Shown: positions 38,818-48,662 of the stretch, one piece after another | Numbering within the stretch: the stretch's first letter is position 1 | Layout: every line of letters starts with the position of its first letter | From: Alphaproteobacteria bacterium | Lineage (GTDB): Bacteria > Pseudomonadota > Alphaproteobacteria > Rhodobacterales > Rhodobacteraceae | DNA: 64,000 nucleotides | Direction of reading: 5' to 3' | Assembly (NCBI GenBank): GCA_003331935.1 | Contig: QOQE01000009.1 | Coordinates: 3,503-67,502, forward strand | Position numbers and translations under genes: made by a program | Notes under the pieces: generated by a model | What the model was told of the DNA's origin: nothing | Seen by the model: only the letters and a program-made list of their open reading frames with translations | Database searches by the model: none

Positions 38818-39211
38818 TGAACTATTTATAGAGACATCCAATCTCTTTAACCGACTAGTGGAAATAAATTGGCATTATATGGCAGCAAAAAGAAAGACTA
38901 CCAGTCAAAAAAGAAAAAATTTCTTGGCTGTTCTGGAGGAAGAAATCATACAAGAAGGAAGTGGGTCAAATATCACTTTTGTCGAGGACGGTGGAGATGT
39001 TTATATTTGCATGATATTCAGGGACGAAAATATAATAAAAAAAGTTGTTATAGACATTTTGGATCCAAACCGTAAAAATCCTATACAGCCAAATTCCCAA
39101 GGTGGAAACGTATATATTTATGGGGCTTCTGGAACTATATTTCAACCATCTGTAAACAATAGCTTTTCAGATTTTGTTAATAGTGAAAAACCCAGTGATT
39201 TTGATAGTTAG
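38789..39211 (+). CDS. Hypothetical protein, start uncertain (TTG 38789, ATG 38807 or ATG 38879)
   Basis: 140-aa ORF overlapping the PqiA-like gene end by 29 nt. It has a K/R-rich segment (AAKRKTTSQKRKNF) followed by a predicted beta-rich region. No family recognised. Confidence 0.4.
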   Translation: MAWVKIMLINELFIETSNLFNRLVEINWHYMAAKRKTTSQKRKNFLAVLEEEIIQEGSGSNITFVEDGGDVYICMIFRDENIIKKVVIDILDPNRKNPIQPNSQGGNVYIYGASGTIFQPSVNNSFSDFVNSEKPSDFDS

Positions 39212-39263
39212 TACAATATAAATACTAACATTGCCTTTACTTTTCATAAAGAAGTATATGGAA

Positions 39264-40148
39264 TTAACATACAATTTTAAGTGGTTTTCTACCTAAGCTG
39301 ATGGTTACGGGTAAATCTCCTAGATATTCCCCATCTCCGGAGACAATTGAGCTCCATCGATCTGCAGAAAGACTTTCAATTTTAACACTCTTAACATGGG
39401 AGTTTGTGACCGCACTATGGAATATATGGCTTCCAGAAAAAACCTTAATTAATAACTTTACAGCTTGAACCCGACTAAGTTTCTTCGCGAATAATAGATT
39501 TATTTTGTCCCTGAACTTACTCGCATCAGGCGCAATATACATTCCGCCACCAGTATATTGTGAAGCAGCTCCCGCTAATATTAAGTTTTCCATCTCTACT
39601 TTTTGTGTTTCAGTGGTTACAACATATCTATGTGATTTTAAGTTAATAAAGCTAATTAATGCAGCGGTTGCATATAATAGAGAACCTTTAAGCACCGGAA
39701 TATTCGAGGCACGAAATGATGCTTCACTTAATAGTCCAACCCCTGCATTCGTGAGGGAAATTCGGCTCTTATTTGAAAATACTACGCTCAAGTAACTCAC
39801 TGAGTTAAAATTACCGGTTCTAATCGCATGAACAGCGTTATCAAGCGTATGGAGATTAAGTGATCTAGCAAAATCATTTCCTCTACCAAACGGAAGGACA
39901 GCCATGTTACAACAGCAGTCTATTGCTTTTTGCGAAATTAAATTAATGAAACCATCTCCTCCGCAGGCCACCACTAAGTATCTCTTAGACATGAACTCAT
40001 AAGCCTTCTCCTTCGCATCTTCTGCTGAAGTCGAAAAAATTATCGCTGGATTAGAGCCAGGATCTATATTTTCAATTACCCGTTGTTTTTCTTTCTTAGA
40101 GAGCTTTCCTGCTACTGGATTTACTAAGTAAACAATTTTTTTTTTCAT
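39264..40148 (-). CDS. Diacylglycerol-kinase-catalytic-domain lipid kinase (YegS/BmrU-like)
   Basis: 294 aa with VYLVNPVAGK, ACGGDGFIN (GGDG motif) and LPFGRGNDFARSL, typical of the DAGK_cat family. Confidence 0.75.
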   Translation of the reverse strand: MKKKIVYLVNPVAGKLSKKEKQRVIENIDPGSNPAIIFSTSAEDAKEKAYEFMSKRYLVVACGGDGFINLISQKAIDCCCNMAVLPFGRGNDFARSLNLHTLDNAVHAIRTGNFNSVSYLSVVFSNKSRISLTNAGVGLLSEASFRASNIPVLKGSLLYATAALISFINLKSHRYVVTTETQKVEMENLILAGAASQYTGGGMYIAPDASKFRDKINLLFAKKLSRVQAVKLLIKVFSGSHIFHSAVTNSHVKSVKIESLSADRWSSIVSGDGEYLGDLPVTISLGRKPLKIVC

Positions 40149-40272
40149 AATATTTCACTAGTCCATAATAACGGGCTAGCTAAAGTTTAATCAGAGCGGG
40201 CTTAAACGACAAACAATTATACAAAACAAGATTTTTACTCTACTAGTATTTAAACTTACTTTGAAAATTATA

Positions 40273-41160
40273 ATGACCAAATTACTCAAAAAGAGATGGA
40301 ATGGTGTGACGATTGTATTGTTATCATCTTTCTTTTTTGCCTTTGTTCCGACATCGGCAAAAATTGCTCTGGATAGTGGCGTATCGCTTATGGTGTTGCT
40401 AATTTCCAGGTGTATAATAGGTTTAATTATTCTAGCACCTTTGACGAAAAGTCTGGGGCACTCAATCTTTGTAGATAAAAGCAAAGTTGCTACCTTGATA
40501 TTTGTGAGCGTCATTTCTGTCTGCTTAATTGCCTCAACATACCATGCTTTTGAATACATAAGCATCGCTCTTGTATTGATGATCATTTATCTCTTTCCCA
40601 TTGGGGTAGCTCTTATCACGACAATCAGAGGAGAAGAAAAGTTAGGACGAACTCAATGGTTTTGCATCATAGGCGTTTTATTAGGTCTTGGGATTTTAAT
40701 TTTAGATAAACCTTCCGCAACTAGCATTTACGGAATATCTATAAGCGTTATTGGGCTGTTATTATTTATTACATTCATATACTTCACCGGGAAGCTGGTG
40801 GACGACATAGGCTCAGTCACAATAAATCTACACTTGAGTTTTTTCAGCGTAATTATCCTATTAATATATATCTTAGTTCTACCCGTGGAATTTTTACTGC
40901 CCGCCAATGGCGTTGGTTGGTTAGGCATAATAGGTAATGGAGTATTTTACGTTTTAAGCTATGTTCTCTTTTTCATTGGCTCAAAGGCTGTGGGCATCAC
41001 TACAGCCTCTGTTTTAGCTCTAACTGAGCCTCTTTTCGCAACGATTGTCGCATTATTTATTCTCAATCAGTATTTGTCTCTGCAGGAATTTTCAGGCTTT
41101 TTTGTAACGATTTGTTTTCTATTGCTATTCTTGATAAATGCTCCAAAGGAAAAGTTATAA
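40273..41160 (+). CDS. DMT-superfamily (EamA-like) transporter
   Basis: Track ORF 40261-41160. It has about ten hydrophobic segments arranged as two EamA-type halves. ATG at 40273 (MTKLLKKRW). Confidence 0.75.
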   Translation: MTKLLKKRWNGVTIVLLSSFFFAFVPTSAKIALDSGVSLMVLLISRCIIGLIILAPLTKSLGHSIFVDKSKVATLIFVSVISVCLIASTYHAFEYISIALVLMIIYLFPIGVALITTIRGEEKLGRTQWFCIIGVLLGLGILILDKPSATSIYGISISVIGLLLFITFIYFTGKLVDDIGSVTINLHLSFFSVIILLIYILVLPVEFLLPANGVGWLGIIGNGVFYVLSYVLFFIGSKAVGITTASVLALTEPLFATIVALFILNQYLSLQEFSGFFVTICFLLLFLINAPKEKL

Positions 41161-41213
41161 AATTTAATTTAACTTTAGCTGAAGGGAACTAAATCATAGT
41201 AAGATCGAAGATC

Positions 41214-41879
41214 ATGTTATTTTGTAGACCCTTAATGAAGAATAAATATAAGACAAATTTAGTGACAAAAATGCTTAACTATGTTCCAAACCTTGGTTGG
41301 ACTTGGGAGGCACTGTATAAGGCTGCATTGAACTCTAAAGAAAAAAAACGTTCCAGTGAAGAAGAATTACGTGCTCTTTTTGACGATAAAATATCAAATA
41401 TTATTGGTGTTTTTAACGACAAATTAGATGAAGAGATGTGTGAAAGATTTAATGCTGACAACAACAAAAATTTTGGAGTCACCGGTACCGTGAAGGCGCT
41501 CATTTTATGTAGGTTAAGATCATCTCAAGATTACAAAAGTATAATCAAGGACTCTTTATTTTTTATGGGCAAGCCGAGAAACGCGTATGACGCATTGAAC
41601 CAACTGATGAAAACATCCAATAAAATTTGGGAAATAACAGGTGATACGTCAAGCGGGCGAACCTTCTATTCAAAAAGACTTATTTTGGGAGGAGTATATT
41701 CATCTACTCTGGCCTACTGGCTTGCCACAGAGACCCGAAGTATTGATGAGTGCGAGGATTTTCTTGACAAAAGACTCGACAATGTCCGAACCTTTGGGAA
41801 AATATCTAAACAGTCTCTTGAAGTGTTTGAGAAAACAAAACAGGAGCTGCATTCAATAATAAAAAAAAAATATAGGTAG
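41214..41879 (+). CDS. COQ9-family protein (RpsU-divergently-transcribed-protein type)
   Basis: 221 aa. The C-terminal GRTFYSKRLILGGVYSSTLAYWLATETRSIDECEDFLDKRLDNV matches my recollection of the COQ9 domain. The start is uncertain (M1, M8 or M20). Confidence 0.6.
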   Translation: MLFCRPLMKNKYKTNLVTKMLNYVPNLGWTWEALYKAALNSKEKKRSSEEELRALFDDKISNIIGVFNDKLDEEMCERFNADNNKNFGVTGTVKALILCRLRSSQDYKSIIKDSLFFMGKPRNAYDALNQLMKTSNKIWEITGDTSSGRTFYSKRLILGGVYSSTLAYWLATETRSIDECEDFLDKRLDNVRTFGKISKQSLEVFEKTKQELHSIIKKKYR

Positions 41880-41923
41880 CATATTGTTTTAAGTTTAACG
41901 ACTTAACTAATTTTGATAACACA

Positions 41924-42706
41924 ATGAACGAAAAAATCAGAATATTCGCTTACTTACCGAGTCCAAGGGTTTGGAAATCTTTAATTACGGCTAAACTTGG
42001 TAATGTTGAAGTGAAAGTGCTAGGAGATAAACCAAAAAATTTAGTTGATTGGTTATGGGACTTTGATGCAAAGAAGTTGAGCAATCAAGATAAAGATAAT
42101 TTGAAGAATTTTGAAAGACAGGGGAAAAGGGGTTTTGAGGGGAGCCTATACAAAACAGATAGTTTTCTGAGAACGCAACCATTTGGGACCGTACCGGCTG
42201 GCTTTAATGATGATGGGTCAATTGGCATATTTGAGTCAAACAGCATAATGCGTGCTGTAGCTCGTAATTCGACAAACACCAAACTTTATGGAGATAATGA
42301 TCCCTATTTACAATCCCGGATAGACAGTTTTTTGGATGCTAATCTTATATTTGCAAGAGAGTTTCAGGTCTATGTCTTAGAATTAAATTTATTAAATGAT
42401 CAGTTTTATAACAGAATGAAAGAAGCTTATTTATTTTACCTGGATGGTATAGAAAATGCTCTTTCGAAAGATGATTATATTTCTGGACCACATTTGACAA
42501 TAGCCGATGTCTCATTTGTTTGTGACGTAGCACAATTTTTGAGAGAAAGAGATCGACAGCACCTAATCAAGGAAAGGGGCTACGAGATTATTTCAAAGAA
42601 TTTCGAGAAAGAATTTCCCAAATCGTGCAAACACTTATTGATGGTATACAATACAGATGAGTTTCAAAAGGTCATGAAAGGTTTTCTCGATGGGATTTTG
42701 TCTTGA
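41924..42706 (+). CDS. Glutathione S-transferase-like protein with an insertion in the N-domain
   Basis: 260 aa with FGTVPAGFNDDGSIGIFESNSIMRAVA (G-site with cis-Pro and ES motif) and a C-terminal helical domain (LTIADVSFVCDV). Confidence 0.65.
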   Translation: MNEKIRIFAYLPSPRVWKSLITAKLGNVEVKVLGDKPKNLVDWLWDFDAKKLSNQDKDNLKNFERQGKRGFEGSLYKTDSFLRTQPFGTVPAGFNDDGSIGIFESNSIMRAVARNSTNTKLYGDNDPYLQSRIDSFLDANLIFAREFQVYVLELNLLNDQFYNRMKEAYLFYLDGIENALSKDDYISGPHLTIADVSFVCDVAQFLRERDRQHLIKERGYEIISKNFEKEFPKSCKHLLMVYNTDEFQKVMKGFLDGILS

Positions 42707-42721
42707 AATCTTAAATCTAAG

Positions 42722-43951
42722 CTAATTAGCTTCTGAATATACTAGCTTCTCCTTGATTGGCAGGTGGATAAGTGCTGCAAAAATTGCGAGGGAGGCATCT
42801 AGAAGCCAAACAGTAGTGTAGTCGCCAGATATACTAAAAAAGTATCCACCAAGATATGCTCCAAGAAAACCACCAATCTGATGAGAAAAGAGTGCAAACC
42901 CAAAAAGCGTTGCCATGAATTTTGGACCAAACATTTTTCCAACTAGACCCGCTGTTGCAGGAATAACTGAAAAATATGTGAATCCCAGAGCGATTGAAAA
43001 AATTAAAACACTAACAAGATCTTTAGGGGAAATTAGGAAACATAAGACAATTAGACATCTTGCAAAGTAGGTATAACTAAGGAACAGTCTCATACTATAC
43101 CGGGAAATATACCAACCTGCAAAAATACTTCCCACTATATTGAACAACCCAATTAAACCAAGAGACCAGCCAGAGACAGTGGGTGGCAATCCACATGACG
43201 CAATAACCCCAGGCATATGCGTTGCAATAAAAGCCACGTGAAAGCCGCATACGAAGAAACCGGAAACTAAGTACACATAACTTGGAGTTTTAAAGGCAGT
43301 CCTTAGGGTTTCTGCTAATCCTCTCTCAACCTCAGGCGCACTCTTCTCCTTGCTAGGCAGTCTTGAGCGCAAAATATATGAAAATGGTAAAACACTTGCA
43401 AACATGATACTTAGAAAAATAATACACGCTACCCAGCCGTAACTTACAACTACTAACCCAGCAATTGGTGCTAATATAAGTTGACCGAGTGATTGACCAG
43501 CATTTACCAGTCCAAAAGCCATACCAACTTTCTCCGACGAAATTAACTTATTAACAGAGGCTAATACTACTGGAAGCCCTGCAATACCTAACCCTATTGA
43601 AGAAATAATTCCTAGTGAAAGAGACAGCGTGACAACATTTGTCGAATACGGGATAAGAAGCATGCCAAAAAGAGCCAATAGAATGCCCATTGTTAAGGTT
43701 TTTCCAGTACCATACTTATCTGCAATCATTCCCCCGAATGGAGAAATAGCTCCAACAATAAGCTGACCTAACGCGAAGGCAAAACTAATTTGCAAGTAAT
43801 CCAATGTATTAGACTGATCTATGCCCTGTATGGTCAAAGACAAGGAGTTGCGGCTCCCGAACATAACAGCGACAAGACATGAAGCTGCAATAACGATCAG
43901 TATAAAACTTTTATTTGCCCCTTGACCATTTGAAGAAGTTGCTTCTGACAT
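42722..43951 (-). CDS. MFS transporter
   Basis: 409 aa with 12 predicted TM segments and GGMIADKYGTGKT (the MFS loop 2-3 motif). Confidence 0.8.
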   Translation of the reverse strand: MSEATSSNGQGANKSFILIVIAASCLVAVMFGSRNSLSLTIQGIDQSNTLDYLQISFAFALGQLIVGAISPFGGMIADKYGTGKTLTMGILLALFGMLLIPYSTNVVTLSLSLGIISSIGLGIAGLPVVLASVNKLISSEKVGMAFGLVNAGQSLGQLILAPIAGLVVVSYGWVACIIFLSIMFASVLPFSYILRSRLPSKEKSAPEVERGLAETLRTAFKTPSYVYLVSGFFVCGFHVAFIATHMPGVIASCGLPPTVSGWSLGLIGLFNIVGSIFAGWYISRYSMRLFLSYTYFARCLIVLCFLISPKDLVSVLIFSIALGFTYFSVIPATAGLVGKMFGPKFMATLFGFALFSHQIGGFLGAYLGGYFFSISGDYTTVWLLDASLAIFAALIHLPIKEKLVYSEAN

Positions 43952-44053
43952 AATAAACTCTCTTTATAAGGTTCACGGTTAGAACTAAAACAGCCCATTG
44001 TAAAGTGAAATAAATTATCATTTCAATTTAAGTGATTTCGCGTCGACATTGTT

Positions 44054-45547
44054 ATGCTAAACTTCCTTAGCTTAATAAACGGAGAATCTGTGTATCAACA
44101 ACTTGACGATGAGCGACCAAAAGATGAGTGTGGGGTCTTTGGAATATATGGACACGAGGACGCAGCAGCCATCACAACACTTGGGTTACATGCCCTACAG
44201 CATAGAGGCCAAGAATCTGCTGGTATAGTTACATTTGATAAGAATCATTTTCATGCCGAAAGAAGAATTGGTTTAGTTAGTGAACATTTTACCAAACAGA
44301 ATGTTATAGATAGACTTTCTGGAAACACGGCTATCGGTCACGTTCGGTATTCAACTACTGGTGGAACAGTATTGAGGAACGTCCAGCCACTCTTTGCCGA
44401 CCTTACCGTTGGAGGCTTTGCAATAGCCCATAATGGAAACCTCACAAACGGTCTCACATTACGGCATGAGCTTAAAAAAGAAGGTGCTATCTTCCAATCC
44501 ACGTCGGATACAGAAACTATTCTTCAACTGGTCGCTCGATCGAAAAAAGGCAATACGATTTCAAGATTTATTGATGCACTAACCCAGATCGAAGGAGCCT
44601 ATGCTCTAGTTGCATTAACAAACAAAAAATTAATTGGAGTTAGGGATCCGCTTGGAATAAGACCATTGGTTCTTGGCCAATTAGATGGAAATTACATACT
44701 GACTTCTGAAACCTGCGCTTTAGATATAATTGGTGCCAAGTTTATTAGAGAAGTTGAGAATGGTGAGATAGTAGTAATAACAGACAATACTATAGAAAGT
44801 ATTAAACCTTTTCCGCATATCAAACCAAGGCCATGCATTTTTGAGTATATCTATTTTTCAAGACCTGACAGTATTGTAGGTGGTTTAAGTGTTTACCAAT
44901 GTCGAAAAGCTTTTGGAAAAGAGCTAGCTAAAGAGTCTTTTGTACAAGCTGATATGGTCATTCCTGTTCCAGACAGCGGAGTGCCAGCTGCTATAGGTTA
45001 TGCAGAAAAATCAGAGATTCCTTTTGAAACCGGTATTATTAGGAACCACTATGTTGGCCGCACATTTATCGAACCCCAACAGTCAATAAGAGCATTCTCA
45101 GTTAAGCTTAAGCATAATGCTAACAATATTTTGGTTGATGGAAAGAAGGTAATATTAGTCGATGACTCCCTGGTGAGAGGTACGACCTCTATTAAAATTG
45201 TTAGGATGATGCGGGATGCTGGGGCCAAAGAAGTACATATGCGTATCGCTGCACCGCCTATAAAGTATCCTGACTATTACGGCATCGATACACCGGTAAA
45301 AGAAAACTTATTAGCAGCTAATCATAGCCTTAATGAAATAAAGGATTTCTTAGACGTGGATAGCATAGCTTATTTATCCATTGATGGTCTTTACCGTGCT
45401 ATGGGTCACAAAGATGGAAGAGACCCAAAAAATCCGGTTTATACAGATCACTGTTTTACAGGAGATTATCCTACGACCCTCATGGACCAAAGTGGTGAGG
45501 AAAATATAAGACAATTATCGCTTCTTTTTGAAACCCAAAAAGAGTGA
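44054..45547 (+). CDS. purF: Amidophosphoribosyltransferase
   Basis: 497 aa with the Ntn nucleophile context ECGVFGI, the PRPP loop VILVDDSLVRGTT, and Fe-S cysteines (CIFEYIYF, CFTGDYP). The true start may be internal (see rejected notes). Confidence 0.95.
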   Translation: MLNFLSLINGESVYQQLDDERPKDECGVFGIYGHEDAAAITTLGLHALQHRGQESAGIVTFDKNHFHAERRIGLVSEHFTKQNVIDRLSGNTAIGHVRYSTTGGTVLRNVQPLFADLTVGGFAIAHNGNLTNGLTLRHELKKEGAIFQSTSDTETILQLVARSKKGNTISRFIDALTQIEGAYALVALTNKKLIGVRDPLGIRPLVLGQLDGNYILTSETCALDIIGAKFIREVENGEIVVITDNTIESIKPFPHIKPRPCIFEYIYFSRPDSIVGGLSVYQCRKAFGKELAKESFVQADMVIPVPDSGVPAAIGYAEKSEIPFETGIIRNHYVGRTFIEPQQSIRAFSVKLKHNANNILVDGKKVILVDDSLVRGTTSIKIVRMMRDAGAKEVHMRIAAPPIKYPDYYGIDTPVKENLLAANHSLNEIKDFLDVDSIAYLSIDGLYRAMGHKDGRDPKNPVYTDHCFTGDYPTTLMDQSGEENIRQLSLLFETQKE

Positions 45548-45555
45548 CGTATTTT

Positions 45556-46194
45556 TTATCTTACTATTGTAAAGGTGACATCATTTTCTAGGCTTATATC
45601 TCTCGTAATGCGTGTTGGTCCTAACTTTGTAACACAAAAATCTATGATGTCTGACGTTCTTGCATAGTATATGTTTTGTGAACCAATCCTCTTTGTTTCC
45701 GAGGTTTGCAAATTGAAAATCATTGCGGATTTTGCGTAAGCCCAACACTCGGAAAGACAATCAAATAAATACTGCTCCCATAATGTCACGTTCTTTGTAC
45801 TCGCTAGATTATAGGTTCCCGACATTATTACAAAGTCCTTGTCCGATGATGGTTTGCCACCGACTGCAAATCTGAGACTGGAGTCTAAAAAATTACGATG
45901 ACAGTATTCTATAAAATCCTCATTAATATCTAGGCCCTCATATTTAAACTCACTTCTATTTAATTTCTTGAAAAGATAGTCGGCAAAGGAACCATATCCA
46001 CAACCAACATCAGCAATATCTAAAATAGTTTGCTTTGGGGAAATCTTTTGAATTTCTTTAAGGATTAAATCGAAACGGGTTTCTTGACGTTCAGTTGAAA
46101 CCCAAAAAACTCCTTTAGGAGTGGCCCCGAACCTCTGAAACCTTTTTGAATATTGAGATTTAATCTCAGCTTCAAATAATGCTTTATTTTCCAT
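45556..46194 (-). CDS. Class I SAM-dependent methyltransferase
   Basis: 212 aa with SAM motif I ILDIADVGCGYGSF. Confidence 0.75.
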   Translation of the reverse strand: MENKALFEAEIKSQYSKRFQRFGATPKGVFWVSTERQETRFDLILKEIQKISPKQTILDIADVGCGYGSFADYLFKKLNRSEFKYEGLDINEDFIEYCHRNFLDSSLRFAVGGKPSSDKDFVIMSGTYNLASTKNVTLWEQYLFDCLSECWAYAKSAMIFNLQTSETKRIGSQNIYYARTSDIIDFCVTKLGPTRITRDISLENDVTFTIVR

Positions 46195-46305
46195 GTTCTA
46201 AAACAATAAAATTACAATTCATACATTCATGTAGTATATTCAAGTCGCCTGAGGCAAGCCCTCAGCTAATAATAAAACACAAATAAAAGATTAGGAAAAT
46301 TAAAG

Positions 46306-47304
46306 ATGGATGCGAGTATGATGAAAGCTATAACCTACAGCGAGTTTGGTGTTGCCACCGATGTTCTAAAAGTTAAGGAATTACCTATACCAAAAGTAAG
46401 TAAGGATGAGGTGCTAGTCGCTCTCGAATTCTCAGGATCCAATCCGTCAGATGCAAAGTCACGAGCTGGAAATCGACCCGGTATAACAAAGCCACAGTTT
46501 GAGCAAATAGTGCCTAACTCTGATGGTTCTGGAATTATTACTGCAGTAGGTGAGGCTGTTGATAAAAGTCGTATTGGCCAAAGGGTATGGATATGGAATG
46601 GTCAATGGCAAAGACCAAATGGAACTGCTGCAGAGTATATTTCCGTTCCAAGCGCTCAGGCTGTTGAAATGCCAAAGGATATGTCCTTTGAGACCGGAGC
46701 ATGTTTAGGAATTCCTGGACTTACCGCGTCCTATTGTACCTTAGGAGATGGAGCGCTCGGTGGAAAAACGGTATTTGTATCAGGAGGAGCTGGAGCTGTG
46801 GGACACACTTGTATACAGTTGGCTAAGTGGTCTGGCGCAAGGGTAATAGCCTCTGGGTCTGAAAATGGATTTCAACACATTCGAGAGGCTGGCGCTGATC
46901 ATGTGTTTGATTATAGAGATCCTGATTTATCAAAAAAAATTTTAGATATATGTCCACCAGGAGTTGATCGAGCTATAGAAGTGGAGTTTGGGGAGAATGT
47001 AAACCTCTTGCATAAGATTGTTAGACAGAATGGAGAGATATCTCTCTACGGAGGGGCAAAAAATATGAACCCTACATTCCCTTTCGGTCCCTATCTTTTC
47101 AAAGCTTTAAAAATAAATATCGCGTTGATCTATATATTACCTGAGCAAGATAGAGATATTGCTATAAAAGCGTTACATGACGCTCATTCAGAGGGCGCTC
47201 TAAAAATGGCAGTCGGGAATGTTTTTAGGCTTGAGGAATGCGCCTTATCTCATGATGCGACTCTTACTCCAGGTAGGAGAGGTAGTGTTCTTCTTAAGAT
47301 TTAA
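46306..47304 (+). CDS. NADPH:quinone oxidoreductase / zeta-crystallin-type MDR
   Basis: 332 aa. The GroES-like N-domain is followed by VFVSGGAGAVGHTCIQLAK, a Rossmann motif. Confidence 0.8.
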   Translation: MDASMMKAITYSEFGVATDVLKVKELPIPKVSKDEVLVALEFSGSNPSDAKSRAGNRPGITKPQFEQIVPNSDGSGIITAVGEAVDKSRIGQRVWIWNGQWQRPNGTAAEYISVPSAQAVEMPKDMSFETGACLGIPGLTASYCTLGDGALGGKTVFVSGGAGAVGHTCIQLAKWSGARVIASGSENGFQHIREAGADHVFDYRDPDLSKKILDICPPGVDRAIEVEFGENVNLLHKIVRQNGEISLYGGAKNMNPTFPFGPYLFKALKINIALIYILPEQDRDIAIKALHDAHSEGALKMAVGNVFRLEECALSHDATLTPGRRGSVLLKI

Positions 47305-47347
47305 TGGATTTCTAGCTATTGAGCTTTAATCTATATCTAAATATTGT

Positions 47348-47374
47348 TTCTGGGGACAAAAAGTGTCCCCAGAA
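47348..47374. terminator. Bidirectional terminator hairpin between convergent genes
   Basis: TTCTGGGGACA-aaaag-TGTCCCCAGAA forms a perfect 11-bp stem. Confidence 0.8.
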
Positions 47375-47385
47375 GGTATAAAAGT

Positions 47386-48006
47386 TTACATTATATTTAA
47401 AACTCGTGACATTTTGAGAGTACCTAGCTCATTTGCTTTCGTAACAAGATTCTGAAAATCCTGATTTTCAACCATAGCATCCAGCGCGCTGCCCATATGA
47501 TCTATTGAAGTAAATCTATATGTTATACCTATCATTTCGTGATCTGCTGCAATCACAGGCATTACTACTCCAATTGAAACATCTACTTTTTTGAAAAGAG
47601 CCTCCAATTCTGGTGCCATGGCTAGCATATCTTTTACTTTACCTCTCTGCACATGATATCCTCTGTTAATTAATATCGCCGCTGGTTTAGCGGGTGGATC
47701 ACCATAGACAGACCTATATAAATCTGGTCCCATTATATCGCCAGCAGGATTTACTGCTCTTTCCATAAATAGTTTCGCTAATTCAGGATCTGCTGAGTAC
47801 TTTTGAAACGAAGTGGTAGCTTCTGAAAAACTATTGTACATGTTTATCATTAGATAATTTCCTGCTCCAGCTCCCCCTCCAATTTTAAAAAGACGTGACG
47901 CGGCTCCATGTCTTGCCATCACACCAGAAGCTCTTCGCAAACGCTCTTCCATGAGTGTTTCTTTTCCGGCTGACGGTGACATTTCCCTGACTGATATTAC
48001 TTTCAT
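47386..48006 (-). CDS. Hypothetical protein with apparent internal duplication (two ~100-aa alpha+beta halves)
   Basis: Track ORF 47386-48063. Start moved to ATG 48006 (MKVISVREM) because AAGGAGGG lies 5 nt upstream. By eye the halves align (VISVREM...GK / ILINRGY...GK; YLMINMYNSFSEA / MIGITYRFTSIDHM). No family recognised. Confidence 0.6.
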   Translation of the reverse strand: MKVISVREMSPSAGKETLMEERLRRASGVMARHGAASRLFKIGGGAGAGNYLMINMYNSFSEATTSFQKYSADPELAKLFMERAVNPAGDIMGPDLYRSVYGDPPAKPAAILINRGYHVQRGKVKDMLAMAPELEALFKKVDVSIGVVMPVIAADHEMIGITYRFTSIDHMGSALDAMVENQDFQNLVTKANELGTLKMSRVLNIM

Positions 48007-48134
48007 AAGTCCCTCCTTAGTTAAGTTCAAATTGTGTACGATATTAGCAAATGTTTGTGACAAATATATAAAAACTTATTGCACTAAAAAAATTAGTGAT
48101 AGGGTAGTATGAGCTTGATAGAAAATTTTTATGC

Positions 48135-48653
48135 ATGAAAAATACATTAATTATATATTCGACTACTGACGGGCAAACAAAAAGAATTTGTGACCGACTA
48201 ATTGATTTTTCTGATAAGAAAAAAAGTATAACTTTATGTGCGATAGAAAATGCTTTTGAAAAGTCTTTGGATCAATACTCAAAAGTAGTAATTGGAGCAA
48301 GTATCAGATATGGAAAGCATAATCGGTTAGTCTACCAATTTGTAAAAGTAAATAGGGAAAAGCTAGAAAAAAAACAAACAGCCTTTTTCACAGTAAATGT
48401 TGTCGCTAGAAAGAAAGAGAAAAACTTACCCGAAACAAATCCTTATATGAAAAAATTCTTGGAGCTGTCGGGTTGGCAACCCGGCAAATTAGCGGTTTTC
48501 GCAGGAAAGATTGACTACCCCAGTTATCGATTTTTTGATCGATTAATTATTAGATTTATCATGTTTATTACAAAAGGTCCCACGGACACCACCCAAACTT
48601 ATGAGTTTACAGATTGGAAAAAAGTGGAAAATTTTGCACAAGAAGTTCTTTAA
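48135..48653 (+). CDS. hemG: Menaquinone-dependent protoporphyrinogen IX dehydrogenase (flavodoxin-like)
   Basis: 172 aa. LIIYSTTDGQTKRI, VVIGASIRYGKH, NVVARKKEK, YPSYRFFDRLIIRFIM and FTDWKKVENFAQE are colinear with E. coli HemG as recalled. Confidence 0.9.
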   Translation: MKNTLIIYSTTDGQTKRICDRLIDFSDKKKSITLCAIENAFEKSLDQYSKVVIGASIRYGKHNRLVYQFVKVNREKLEKKQTAFFTVNVVARKKEKNLPETNPYMKKFLELSGWQPGKLAVFAGKIDYPSYRFFDRLIIRFIMFITKGPTDTTQTYEFTDWKKVENFAQEVL

Positions 48654-48662
48654 TCTGAAATA

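Noticed and set aside
40136-40145. Homopolymer tracts as phase-variation switches: T10 directly after the lipid-kinase start codon, A10 at 41861-41870 near the COQ9-like C-terminus, and A9 runs in puuE and the DUF2000-like gene.
   Set aside because: In DNA this AT-rich, lysine and phenylalanine codon runs produce such tracts by chance. The genes concerned are not surface or contingency-type loci. Population data showing length variation would be needed.
44054-44128. Unusually long (~25-aa) PurF propeptide before the catalytic Cys.
   Set aside because: This is most likely a start-codon assignment problem. An in-frame GTG (VYQQLDDERPKDEC) would give a propeptide of about 13 aa, which is within the known range. 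I do not treat it as biologically unusual without N-terminal evidence.
46249-46265. 6-bp hairpin CTGAGG-caagc-CCTCAG in the divergent methyltransferase / quinone-reductase promoter region.
   Set aside because: The stem is short and is not followed by a U-tract. It has no recognisable motif context and is compatible with chance.
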